Notes under the pieces: generated by a model
Database searches by the model: none
What the model saw: the letters and a program-made list of their open reading frames with translations, nothing else
Told to the model about the DNA's origin: nothing
Assembly (NCBI GenBank): GCA_964416435.1
Contig: CAYQEG010000004.1
Coordinates: 29,378 to 93,377 of the forward strand
Direction: 5' to 3'
Length of the DNA stretch: 64,000 nucleotides
DNA from: an uncultured Rickettsiales bacterium
GTDB taxonomy: Bacteria; Myxococcota_A; UBA796; UBA9615
Shown here: positions 53,090 through 61,619 of the stretch, piece after piece
Layout of the letters: each line of letters begins with the position of its first letter
Position numbering within the stretch: the stretch's first letter is position 1
Made by a program: the position numbers and the translations under genes

Positions 53090-54303
53090 GTCGTCTCCTC
53101 GTATCGCCAGGCGGCGAAGCCGCGATCTTCGTCGTCGCGAGGATCGGGCAACGCCGCGGCCGCTCGCCGGATGCGCTCCCGCGCGACGTCGGCGATGGTG
53201 GCGAGGCCCCGCTTGCCGGCCGCCGAGCCGGCCGAACAGGGCTCCGGTCGCTGCACACAGACGAAGCGTCGGCGCCCGCCGTCCTGGGCGTTGACCGCGA
53301 GCACGGCGTGGGCGGTGGTACAGGAGCCGGCGAAGAAGTCGACGACCAGGTCGTCTCCGCCGCTGGCGATGCGTACGAAGTGGCTGAGCAGGCGCACCGG
53401 CTTGGGGTGGTCGAGCACCTCCCCGCCGAACAGGTCGAGCAGGTCCCGGCGGCCGGTCCGGGTCCGCCCGAAGCGACGCTCGACCAGCAGGCTGCGGGGC
53501 CGCGCCGAGGGCTTGCGGTAGTTCTTCGTGTAGACGCTGCCGTTGCGGAAGACGAGCTCGTCGTAGCGCTCCCGCACGCTCGTCTCGCTCCAGCGCCACC
53601 GCGCCTGCTTGTGCTCCGGGTCCTTGTGGTGGACCTCGTAGACGCGCCCGTCGGGCCCCTCGATGGGGAAGTCGAGCGACGCGAAGTAGCCCAGGTTCTG
53701 CTTGTCCAGCCGCTCCAGGCTGAACTGGCCGCGCTCGTCGGAGTGGGGGTAGCGCGTGCTCACGGTCGCCTCGGGGTCGTCCCGCAGGCCGGCCGCGCTG
53801 GTCCGGCCGAACGCCACGACGTACTCGTGGTCGAGGACCATCGCGGAGACGTCCGACGCGCCGCCGGACTTCATCTTCCAGACGAAGTCCCCCAGCTGGT
53901 GCTCGGCGCCGAAGATCTCCTGCATCAGCACGACCAGGCGGGCGTGCTCGACCTCGTCGATCGAGACGAGGATCACGCCGTCGTCCCGGAGCAGGTCCCG
54001 GGCGATGCGCAGGCGCGGCGCCATCATCGAGAGCCAGGCCGCGTGGCTGCTCCAGCGGTCCTCGTACACGAAGTCGCCGCCGGTGTTGTACGGCGGGTCG
54101 ATGTAGATGAGGGCGACCTGGCCCGCCAGCTCCTGCCGCAGCAGCCGAAGCACCGGGAGGTTGTCGCCTTCGATGAACCGGTGCCGGCTGTGGTGGGGGT
54201 CGACGCCGAGCGCCTCGTCCAGGCGCAGCCGCCCCGACGCCGGCGCGTCCGCTCGGGCCATCGCGTCGGCCTTTCCGGCCCAGGTCAGCTCGCAGTCCGC
54301 CAC
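53086..54303 (-). CDS. N6/N4 DNA methyltransferase, beta-class, type III Mod-like, no Res partner
   Basis: GTG 54303, 12 nt after the upstream stop. N-terminal ELTWAGK, motif IV IYIDPPYN, a long variable region, then motif I VVDFFAGSCTTAHA. The stop overlaps the next start (GTGA). Confidence 0.85.
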   Translation of the reverse strand: MADCELTWAGKADAMARADAPASGRLRLDEALGVDPHHSRHRFIEGDNLPVLRLLRQELAGQVALIYIDPPYNTGGDFVYEDRWSSHAAWLSMMAPRLRIARDLLRDDGVILVSIDEVEHARLVVLMQEIFGAEHQLGDFVWKMKSGGASDVSAMVLDHEYVVAFGRTSAAGLRDDPEATVSTRYPHSDERGQFSLERLDKQNLGYFASLDFPIEGPDGRVYEVHHKDPEHKQARWRWSETSVRERYDELVFRNGSVYTKNYRKPSARPRSLLVERRFGRTRTGRRDLLDLFGGEVLDHPKPVRLLSHFVRIASGGDDLVVDFFAGSCTTAHAVLAVNAQDGGRRRFVCVQRPEPCSAGSAAGKRGLATIADVARERIRRAAAALPDPRDDEDRGFAAWRYEETT

Positions 54304-54314
54304 GGCGGCGGAGT

Positions 54315-54860
54315 CTACTCGGAAGTGGCGAGCAGGCTCGTCGCCTCGGCCTCGATGTCCGAGAAGGTGCCCGGCATGTTCCCCGAGCTGCGGTGGCGGA
54401 TCAGCTGCTTGCGGTCGAACACGAACGCCTCGGGGCGCTGCAGTCCGAAGTCGTAGCGCTCGCTGATCTCGCCCTCCGGATCGATCAGGATGGGGAAGCT
54501 CAGGTCGAAGAACCCGGCGAAGTCCGCCGCCTCGTCCGGCTCGGGGGTGTCGCCGCTGGCGTCCTGGTCGAACACCGCGATGACGACCAGCCCGTCGGCC
54601 TGCCGCTCCTGCCACAGGCCCTCCAGCTCCACGCTGAGCTCCTGGCAGAGCGGACACCACATCTCGCCGAACACCGCGACCACGACCTCGCCCTCGAAGT
54701 CCGACAGCCGGACGGCCTGCCCGTCCTCGTCGAGCACCTCGAAGCCGGGGGCGCAGTCGCCCACCCTCGTGCCCTCGCTGCACGTCTCGGGGTCGAACGT
54801 CGGCGGGGCGCAGCCCGTCACCAGGAGCAGCGCCAGCGCGAGCGGGGAGGTCGATCTCAT
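54315..54860 (-). CDS. TlpA/ResA-like thiol:disulfide oxidoreductase lipoprotein
   Basis: MRSTSPLALALLLVTGC lipobox. Thioredoxin-fold active site FGEMWCPLCQ. 181 aa. Confidence 0.8.
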   Translation of the reverse strand: MRSTSPLALALLLVTGCAPPTFDPETCSEGTRVGDCAPGFEVLDEDGQAVRLSDFEGEVVVAVFGEMWCPLCQELSVELEGLWQERQADGLVVIAVFDQDASGDTPEPDEAADFAGFFDLSFPILIDPEGEISERYDFGLQRPEAFVFDRKQLIRHRSSGNMPGTFSDIEAEATSLLATSE

Positions 54861-54945
54861 GCACACTCCTGCTTGGGTCCGGGTTCTCCAGCCGAGGTTA
54901 CGCGGCGCTGCGTCCGTCGGATCGAAACAGTTAGGATCCCGGGCC

Positions 54946-57900
54946 GTGCCTCCCACCCACTCCGTCGACTCGGTGCCGCCCGAGGAGCTGCCGATCACCT
55001 TCGGCCGCTACACCCTGCTGCGCCTGTTGGGGCAGGGCGGCATGGGGCGCGTCTTCGAGGCCGAGCTGAGCGGGCCGTCCGGCTTCCGCAAGCGCCTCGC
55101 CCTCAAGGTCGTCGCCGAGCGCTCCTTCGGACAGGACGACCGGTCCCGGGACGAGTTCCTGCGGGAGGCGAGGATCGGCGGCCTGCTGCGCCACCCCAAC
55201 GTCATCGACTGCTACGACTTCGGCGTCACCGACGGCCACCCGTTCATCGCCATGGAGCTGGTCGACGGGCTGTCGCTGCGGGAGCTCGTCGCCCGGGGGC
55301 CGCTGCCGCCCACGGTGTTGCTCGACTGCGCGGTGCAGATCTGCGAGGGGCTCGCCCACGCTCACGGGCTGGTGGTCGACGGAGAGCCGCTGGAGCTGGT
55401 GCACCGCGACCTCAAGCCGTCCAACCTGCTGGTGACCCGCCAGGGCCTCGTCAAGATCCTCGACTTCGGGCTCGCCCGGGCGTCCCAGGCGGTCGCCGGG
55501 GCGGAGGTCGCGGGGGCCATCACCAAGACCGGCACCGTGCGCGGCACGCCGTCCTACATGAGCCCCGAGCAGGCCAACGGCAGCGACGTCGACCCGCGGT
55601 CGGACCTCTTCGCGCTGGGCGCGGTCCTCTTCGAGCTGGCGACGGGGGAGCGGTTCTTCGACGCCGACGATCTCCTCGCCGTGATGATGGCGATCGTCGA
55701 CGTGGACAACCGCAACGACCGCGTGATGCTCGTCGACGGCGTCGCGCCCGGCCTCGGCGGGCTGCTCGGTCGCCTGCTCCGCTCCGATCCGGGCATGCGA
55801 TACGGCCGGGCCAGTGACCTCGCGGTGGACCTCCGCGTGATGCAGCGTCGGCTGCCCCCCGGGCCCGACCTGCGGACCTGGGTCGGCCGGCTGTCCGGCC
55901 AGTCCTCCCCCTCGCAGGCCACCCCGTCGGACGACGGACCCGACACGATCCGGGTCGACCCGTCGACCTGGCCGGTCGGCTCCCTCCCCAGCAGCCGCGC
56001 CTCGGCCATGGCCGCCCGCCGCACCAACCTGTCGGCCGAGGGCGCCCGCTTCGTCGGTCGGGAGGGCGACGTGGCGGCGCTGGACGAGGCGCTCCGGGAG
56101 GGCTCGCTGGTGACCCTGGCGGGCACCGCGGGGGCGGGCAAGACGCGCCTGGCGACCCACTACGGCCTGCAGCGCCTGGACCGGTACGTGCCCTACGGCG
56201 GCGTCTGGTTCTGCAACCTCGTCGAGGCCCGAACCGTCGCCGGGCTCCTCCACGAGGTGGCTCGGGTGCTCGCCGTGCCGCTGCAGGAGGCGGGCCCGGC
56301 GGACGGGGTCCAGCGGCTCGGCTGGGCGCTCGCGGGGCGGGGGCGGATCCTGCTGATCTTCGACAACTTCGAGCAGCTGGGGCCCGACGCCGCCGACGCC
56401 GTGGCGACCTGGATCGACCTCGCCCCCGAGGCGCTGTTCGTCGTCACCAGCCGCGCGCCCCTCCGCCTGCCGGCGGAGCGGGTGCTGGAGGTCGGCCCGC
56501 TGCCCGACGACCAGGGGGTCCGCCTGTTCGAGGCCCGCGCCAAGACCGTGCGCGCCGACTTCGCGGTCCGGGAGGACGAGGTCGACCTCGTCCAGGAGAT
56601 CGTCCGGCGGCTCGACGGTATCCCGCTGGCCATCGAGCTGGCCGCGGCCCGGACCTCCGTCCTGTCCCCGCGGCGCATCCTCGACCGCCTGGATCAGCGG
56701 TTCAAGCTGCTCGCCGGGGGACACCGGGGCGCCGGCGCGCGGGGCACGCTGCGCGGGGCCATCGACTGGTCCTGGGAGCTGCTCGAGGCCGCCGAGCGGG
56801 ACGCGCTCCTGCAGGTCTCCGTGTTCCTCGGAGGCTTCACCCTGGAGGCGGCCGAGGAGGTCGTCGACCTCGACCACCACGCCGACGCGCCCTGGGTCCT
56901 GGACGTGCTGGAGTCGCTGCGGGACAAGAGCATGCTCCGCACCTGGCGACCCGAGGGGTTGGGCGGCGAGATCCGGTTCGGGATGTACGAGAGCATCCGC
57001 GAGTACGCCCGGGGCAAGCGGGACTCCGCCGGTCCGGCCGACCGCGCGCTGGTGCAGCGGCATGGCGCCTGGGCCGTCCGTCGGGGCGAGGAGCTGGAGT
57101 GGAAGATCGGCGGGGTCGGCGGCGGACGGGCTCACGCCGAGCTCGCGCTGGAGATCGACAACCTCTTCGTCGTGGTGGACCGCGCCGAGGCGGACGGGGA
57201 CGCCGACCTCGGGGTGCGGGCCGCCGTGGTGGCCGCAGAGTGCTTCCGGATGAGCGGGTCGTCGGGCAACCGGCGCCGAGTCCTCGAGCGGGGCCTGGCG
57301 CTGTCGGGCGCGTCCGACGCGGCGCGGGCGGGGCTCCATCTCGGCATGGCCCGGGTGCTGTCCACCCAGACCGAGGAGGAGGCGTCGATGTGGCACGCCT
57401 CGGAGGCGATCGACCTCGCCCGGCGGGCCGGCCTGACCCGCATCCAGGTCCAGGCGATGTGGAAGTTCAGCGACGCGCTGACCGGCCGCGGGGACCTGGC
57501 CCGGTCGCTGGAGGTGTCCGACGAGGCCCTCGCGCTGGCCAACTCGGTCGGGGACTCGGTGCTCGTCGGCTGGGCCCTCAGCTCCCGCGGTCGCACCCAC
57601 CAGTCCCAGCAGCGCTACGGCGACGCGTACGACGTGCACGCCCGAGCCGCCGAGCTGTTCACCGCCGCGGGCCGACCGCGCGCCGCCGGCATGGAGATCA
57701 ACAGCATGGCCATCGCGGCCGTCTACCTGGGGCGCCACGACGAGGGGGAGCGGCTGTTCGCCCGCTGCCTCCAGGGCTCGGAGGCCAACGGCTACAACAT
57801 CGGCCGCACCCGGGCGTACTGCAACCTGGGGCTGGTGCGCGGCGCGCTGGGTCGGGTGGAGGAGGGGCTGACCGCGCTGCGCAAGGCGCTGCGGCTCTCC

Positions 57901-58518
57901 CGCCGGGCGGGCGACACGAGCGCCCGCGTGCTGATCCTCGTCGCCCTCGCCGACCTCACCCTGCTTGAGGGCGACGTGGAGCAGGCGGTCTCCTTGCACG
58001 AGGAGGTCGCAGGCCTGCTCGAGTCGCGGCCGATCCCGTACCTGCAGGCGACCTGGCACCGCTCCTATGCCACGAGCCTGTTCCGAGCCGGTCGGATCGA
58101 CGACGCGATCGCGGCGTGCCACAGCGGCGTGCGCTGGTCCCGCGAGGACGAGGGGCGTCCCTGCCTGATCTCCAACACCGCCGTCCTGGCCGTCATCCAC
58201 GCCTGCCTCGACGACGTCGAACGGGCCCACGCCGCCCGGGACGACGTCCAGCGGTTCGCCGCCGGCCGAGGACCCGACGAGGACCTGGAGGACCACTACC
58301 GGGAGCTCGCCGACGGCTTCCTGGCCGCGCTCGACGCGCGGGTGGCGCTGCAGGAGGGCCGGTCCTCGGACGCGGAGTCGCTCCTGGACAGCGTCGACGG
58401 CGACGAGGGGCCGCTCCCCTCGCTCGAGGGGCTGCCCTACCTCGAGGTGGTCATTCGCGTGCTCGTTCGGGTGCTCCGGGCGCACGTCGTCGACGCGCGG
58501 GCCTCGCTCAGCTCCTGA
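54946..58518 (+). CDS. Ser/Thr protein kinase fused to STAND/AAA NTPase and TPR array
   Basis: GTG 54946. Hanks motifs GQGGMGRVF, ALKVV, HRDLKPSN, DFGLA, GTPSYMSPE. Then Walker A LAGTAGAGKTRLA and Walker B ILLIFDNFEQ, then about 500 aa of TPR-like helical repeats. Confidence 0.85.
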   Translation: MPPTHSVDSVPPEELPITFGRYTLLRLLGQGGMGRVFEAELSGPSGFRKRLALKVVAERSFGQDDRSRDEFLREARIGGLLRHPNVIDCYDFGVTDGHPFIAMELVDGLSLRELVARGPLPPTVLLDCAVQICEGLAHAHGLVVDGEPLELVHRDLKPSNLLVTRQGLVKILDFGLARASQAVAGAEVAGAITKTGTVRGTPSYMSPEQANGSDVDPRSDLFALGAVLFELATGERFFDADDLLAVMMAIVDVDNRNDRVMLVDGVAPGLGGLLGRLLRSDPGMRYGRASDLAVDLRVMQRRLPPGPDLRTWVGRLSGQSSPSQATPSDDGPDTIRVDPSTWPVGSLPSSRASAMAARRTNLSAEGARFVGREGDVAALDEALREGSLVTLAGTAGAGKTRLATHYGLQRLDRYVPYGGVWFCNLVEARTVAGLLHEVARVLAVPLQEAGPADGVQRLGWALAGRGRILLIFDNFEQLGPDAADAVATWIDLAPEALFVVTSRAPLRLPAERVLEVGPLPDDQGVRLFEARAKTVRADFAVREDEVDLVQEIVRRLDGIPLAIELAAARTSVLSPRRILDRLDQRFKLLAGGHRGAGARGTLRGAIDWSWELLEAAERDALLQVSVFLGGFTLEAAEEVVDLDHHADAPWVLDVLESLRDKSMLRTWRPEGLGGEIRFGMYESIREYARGKRDSAGPADRALVQRHGAWAVRRGEELEWKIGGVGGGRAHAELALEIDNLFVVVDRAEADGDADLGVRAAVVAAECFRMSGSSGNRRRVLERGLALSGASDAARAGLHLGMARVLSTQTEEEASMWHASEAIDLARRAGLTRIQVQAMWKFSDALTGRGDLARSLEVSDEALALANSVGDSVLVGWALSSRGRTHQSQQRYGDAYDVHARAAELFTAAGRPRAAGMEINSMAIAAVYLGRHDEGERLFARCLQGSEANGYNIGRTRAYCNLGLVRGALGRVEEGLTALRKALRLSRRAGDTSARVLILVALADLTLLEGDVEQAVSLHEEVAGLLESRPIPYLQATWHRSYATSLFRAGRIDDAIAACHSGVRWSREDEGRPCLISNTAVLAVIHACLDDVERAHAARDDVQRFAAGRGPDEDLEDHYRELADGFLAALDARVALQEGRSSDAESLLDSVDGDEGPLPSLEGLPYLEVVIRVLVRVLRAHVVDARASLSS

Positions 58519-59923
58519 ACTCGTCCAGCGTCCAGCCCATCTGGTCGAGCAGGCGGTAGACCTGCTGGCGGGAGCAGCCGAGCTGACGCGCGGCCGCGGC
58601 GACGCTCCCGGACGACGCGGTGAGCGCCTCGCGGAGCGCCTCCGGCTCCGGCGGCGGGGCGACCCGACGCAGCAGCGGCTGGGTCTGCCCCAGGCCGGAC
58701 GGATCGGTCAGCGCCGGGGGCTCGGGGGCGGGCTCCTGGGCGACGAGCGCGCGATCGGCGTCCAGCAGCTGGCGAACCTCCGGAGTGAACGCGAGGGGGC
58801 CGTCGCCGCGGCCGATCAGCGCCACGGTCACGACGTTGAGCAGGCCCCGGACGTTGAGGGGCCAGGGGTGCAGCATCAGCGCTTCGACGAGGTCGGCGTC
58901 CAGCTCGACGTGAGCGGCGTCGTTGCGCGCCGCGAGGTGTCGCACGAGCAGCGGCACGTCTTCGGGTCGGTCGCGCAGGGTCGGCAGGCTGACCGGCCAC
59001 TGGTGCAGGCGGGCGAACAGGTCGCTGCGGAACCGCCCCGCCCGCACCTCGGCGAGCAGATCCCGGTGGGTCGCCGCGAGCACGCGCACGTCGACGGGGT
59101 GCTCCTTGCTGCCGCCCACCGGCTTGACGGTGCGCGACTCCAGGACCCGCAGCAGCTGGACCTGCAGCTCGGCCGGCATCTCGCCGACCTCGTCCAGGAA
59201 CAGCGTGCCGCCGTCGGCGGACCGGAACAGCCCGGGGCGGGCTTCGCTCGCGCCGGTGAACGCGCCCTTGCGGTGGCCGAACAGCTCGCTCGCGAGCAGT
59301 CCTTCGGCGACCGCGCCGCAGTTCATCGCGACGAACGAGCCGCGCCGGCCGCTCAGCGCGTGGATCGCTCGGGCGACGACCTCCTTGCCGGTGCCCGTCG
59401 CTCCGGTGATCAGCACGCTGCTCGCGTGGGGGGCGACCGCTCGGACCGTGCCACCGACGCGGGCCATGGCGTCGCTCGAGCCGACGAGCCCCGGGAGGAC
59501 CTGGTCGGGCTGGGCGGCGTCGGTCGCCAGGGAGCGGAAGACGAGGAGCGTGTTGCCGAGCCGGAGCACGTCGCCCTGGGACAGGTGGGCCCCCTCGTCA
59601 CCGACCTTGCGGTCGCGGACGAACGTCCCGTTGCGGCTGCCCAGGTCCCGCACGATCCAGCCGCCTTTGCCGTCGGGCACCACCTCCGCGTGGCGCCGGG
59701 AGAGGCGATCGTCGAGCAGCGCCCCCCCCGCGAAGGCATTGACTCCGCGGCCCAGGGTGATGCCGTCGGTCGGGAGCAGCAGTCGTTCGGGGCCTCGGCG
59801 CCCTTGATCCGCGAAAGCGAGGATCAGGCCGGCCCCCGCCGCCTCGATGGGCTCCAGGGCCGCCAGGGTGCCGGTGGCAGCGACTGTCGCCCCTCCGATC
59901 GTCTCGTTCGTGCGATCCGCCAT
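58508..59923 (-). CDS. sigma54-dependent transcriptional activator with N-terminal FHA domain
   Basis: ATG 59923. FHA (ITLGRG...SRRHAEV...VRDLGSRNGTFV). AAA+ with GATGTGKE, GAFTGA loop (HRKGAFTGA), GTLFLDEVGE. C-terminal HTH (AAARQLGCSRQQVYRLL). Confidence 0.9.
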   Translation of the reverse strand: MADRTNETIGGATVAATGTLAALEPIEAAGAGLILAFADQGRRGPERLLLPTDGITLGRGVNAFAGGALLDDRLSRRHAEVVPDGKGGWIVRDLGSRNGTFVRDRKVGDEGAHLSQGDVLRLGNTLLVFRSLATDAAQPDQVLPGLVGSSDAMARVGGTVRAVAPHASSVLITGATGTGKEVVARAIHALSGRRGSFVAMNCGAVAEGLLASELFGHRKGAFTGASEARPGLFRSADGGTLFLDEVGEMPAELQVQLLRVLESRTVKPVGGSKEHPVDVRVLAATHRDLLAEVRAGRFRSDLFARLHQWPVSLPTLRDRPEDVPLLVRHLAARNDAAHVELDADLVEALMLHPWPLNVRGLLNVVTVALIGRGDGPLAFTPEVRQLLDADRALVAQEPAPEPPALTDPSGLGQTQPLLRRVAPPPEPEALREALTASSGSVAAAARQLGCSRQQVYRLLDQMGWTLDEFRS

Positions 59924-59956
59924 CGCACAATCCTGCCAGATGTAGACTTGCGCGCC

Positions 59957-61609
59957 GTGAGTGAGCAACCCAACGAGACCACCGACCGTCCCCGACGCCG
60001 TCGCCGGCGTCGCCGCGGTCCCCGCAAACCCGACGTCAAGGCGGCGCTTCAGGCGACGCCGATCGAGCGGGAGGCGCCACCCTCCAAGGAGCTGAGCCCG
60101 GACGAGAGCCGGGCGATGCGACGGCACCTCAAGTTCCTGCGCGACCACCGGCGCGAGCTGCGCCTGAAGGTCAACGCCCAGGAGGACCTGCTGCTCAACG
60201 GGGCCCGCGAGCCCTCGGACCGCGGCGCCTGCGTCCACCTGCTGTCGAAGGTCGACCACGCCGCGGTGATGGGGGCGCTGGAGCGGATCGACGATCCCGG
60301 CAAGCGCCGCCGGCTGCTCCACGGGGTCGTTCAGTTCACCCAGGACGACGGCATCCTCCTGCTCTACCTGGAGGCGCTGGCCGACGACGCGTCCCGGGCC
60401 CAGGCGGCGGGAGCGCTCCCCCTGGCGGCCGAGCGGATCGACTTCGCCGGGCTGAGCGCGCCCCGGCTCGCCCGCCTGCTGGAGGTGATCGCGACGGTGT
60501 TCACCGTCCCGCAGGAGCGGGCCTCGGCCGTGTTCGGCCTGCTCCACAGCCCGAGCTTCCGCGGCCGCTTCCAGGAGGCTCAGGACGACCTCCCGGCGGA
60601 CCTGAAGCACTCGTTCGTGCCGCTGCTCGCGGTCTACGAGGCGTTCGTGCTCGGCGACGAGGAGAGCCACCCCGCCCGGGACATCGACGAGGGCGTGAGC
60701 ATCCTGCTGACCGTGCCCAAGGCGGTCATGGACGCGTGGCCGACGTCCATCCAGGAGCGGGTCCTGTCGGTCGCGCTGGCCCGAATGCACAAGGACGAGG
60801 TGGCCGACCGGGCCGCGGGCACCCTCCTGGAGGCGCTGCCGGCCGACTCGGACGCCTACCTGCGGGGCTCGCTGCTGCGCGCCTCCGCCCTCCTGCGGGG
60901 GCACGCCGACGCGCGGGCGACGTGGCAGCTCAAGCAGCTGCGCGGGGCGCACCCCGATCATCCCCACGCGGCGGACTGGCTCGCGGCGCTCAAGGCGCCC
61001 CGCGTCGGTCGGATCGCCCTGCGCCGCGGCTCGGACCGCAAGTCCAAGGGGCTGCAGGCGGGGTTCTGGCTGGACGAGCAGCGGGACGTGCTGATCCGGA
61101 TCGGCAAGCCGGACGACGCGGCCCGCTTCAGCCGGGAGGCGGACGTGCACCGCAAGCTGGCGTTGCCGGGGCTCACCCCGTTCCTCGTCGCCGGCAAGGC
61201 CGAAGGCGGCCGCCCCTGGATCGCGATCCCGGCCCTGGGTCGGCCCGCCCCGGACGCCCTCAAGGGCAAGCCGATGCATCCGTCGGCGGCGCTGTGGCTC
61301 TGCTGGCAAGGGGTCGGCCTGCTCGGCGGCGTCGCCGCTTCGGGCTGGCGACTGCCCGACGCGCGGAGCTGGCGGTTCCTGGTCCTCCCCGGGAAGCGGC
61401 CTACGCTGCTGCTCGCGGACCTCTCCGGGATCGAGCCGCTGGAAGGGGACGAGCGCACGCCCGACGCCCACCGGGGCGCCTCGTTCGGTTGGTGTCGGGA
61501 CGTCCTGCGGGACCAGGAGGTCGTGCCCGACCGGGTGGCCCGGGTCCTGCGTCGTCGCAAGGGCAAGGTCGGCGACCTGATCCGAGCGCTCGCGCTGTCG
61601 CTCGACTGA
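59957..61609 (+). CDS. hypothetical protein with poly-Arg N-terminus and degenerate kinase-like C-terminal region
   Basis: GTG 59957 (TTG 59948 is an alternative). GC-rich third positions throughout. N-terminal DRPRRRRRRRRGPRKPD. The C-terminal 200 aa show a VLIRIGK...E...LLLADLSG pattern reminiscent of an inactive kinase fold. Confidence 0.6.
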   Translation: MSEQPNETTDRPRRRRRRRRGPRKPDVKAALQATPIEREAPPSKELSPDESRAMRRHLKFLRDHRRELRLKVNAQEDLLLNGAREPSDRGACVHLLSKVDHAAVMGALERIDDPGKRRRLLHGVVQFTQDDGILLLYLEALADDASRAQAAGALPLAAERIDFAGLSAPRLARLLEVIATVFTVPQERASAVFGLLHSPSFRGRFQEAQDDLPADLKHSFVPLLAVYEAFVLGDEESHPARDIDEGVSILLTVPKAVMDAWPTSIQERVLSVALARMHKDEVADRAAGTLLEALPADSDAYLRGSLLRASALLRGHADARATWQLKQLRGAHPDHPHAADWLAALKAPRVGRIALRRGSDRKSKGLQAGFWLDEQRDVLIRIGKPDDAARFSREADVHRKLALPGLTPFLVAGKAEGGRPWIAIPALGRPAPDALKGKPMHPSAALWLCWQGVGLLGGVAASGWRLPDARSWRFLVLPGKRPTLLLADLSGIEPLEGDERTPDAHRGASFGWCRDVLRDQEVVPDRVARVLRRRKGKVGDLIRALALSLD

Positions 61610-61619
61610 TTTGAGCGCC

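Noticed and set aside
59924-59956. A sigma54 promoter (TGGCAC-N5-TTGC) in the short spacer between the EBP and its divergent neighbour; CTGCCAG-N8-TTGC caught my eye.
   Set aside because: It lacks the obligatory GG dinucleotide at -24 with correct spacing to GC at -12, so it is not a credible sigma54 site.
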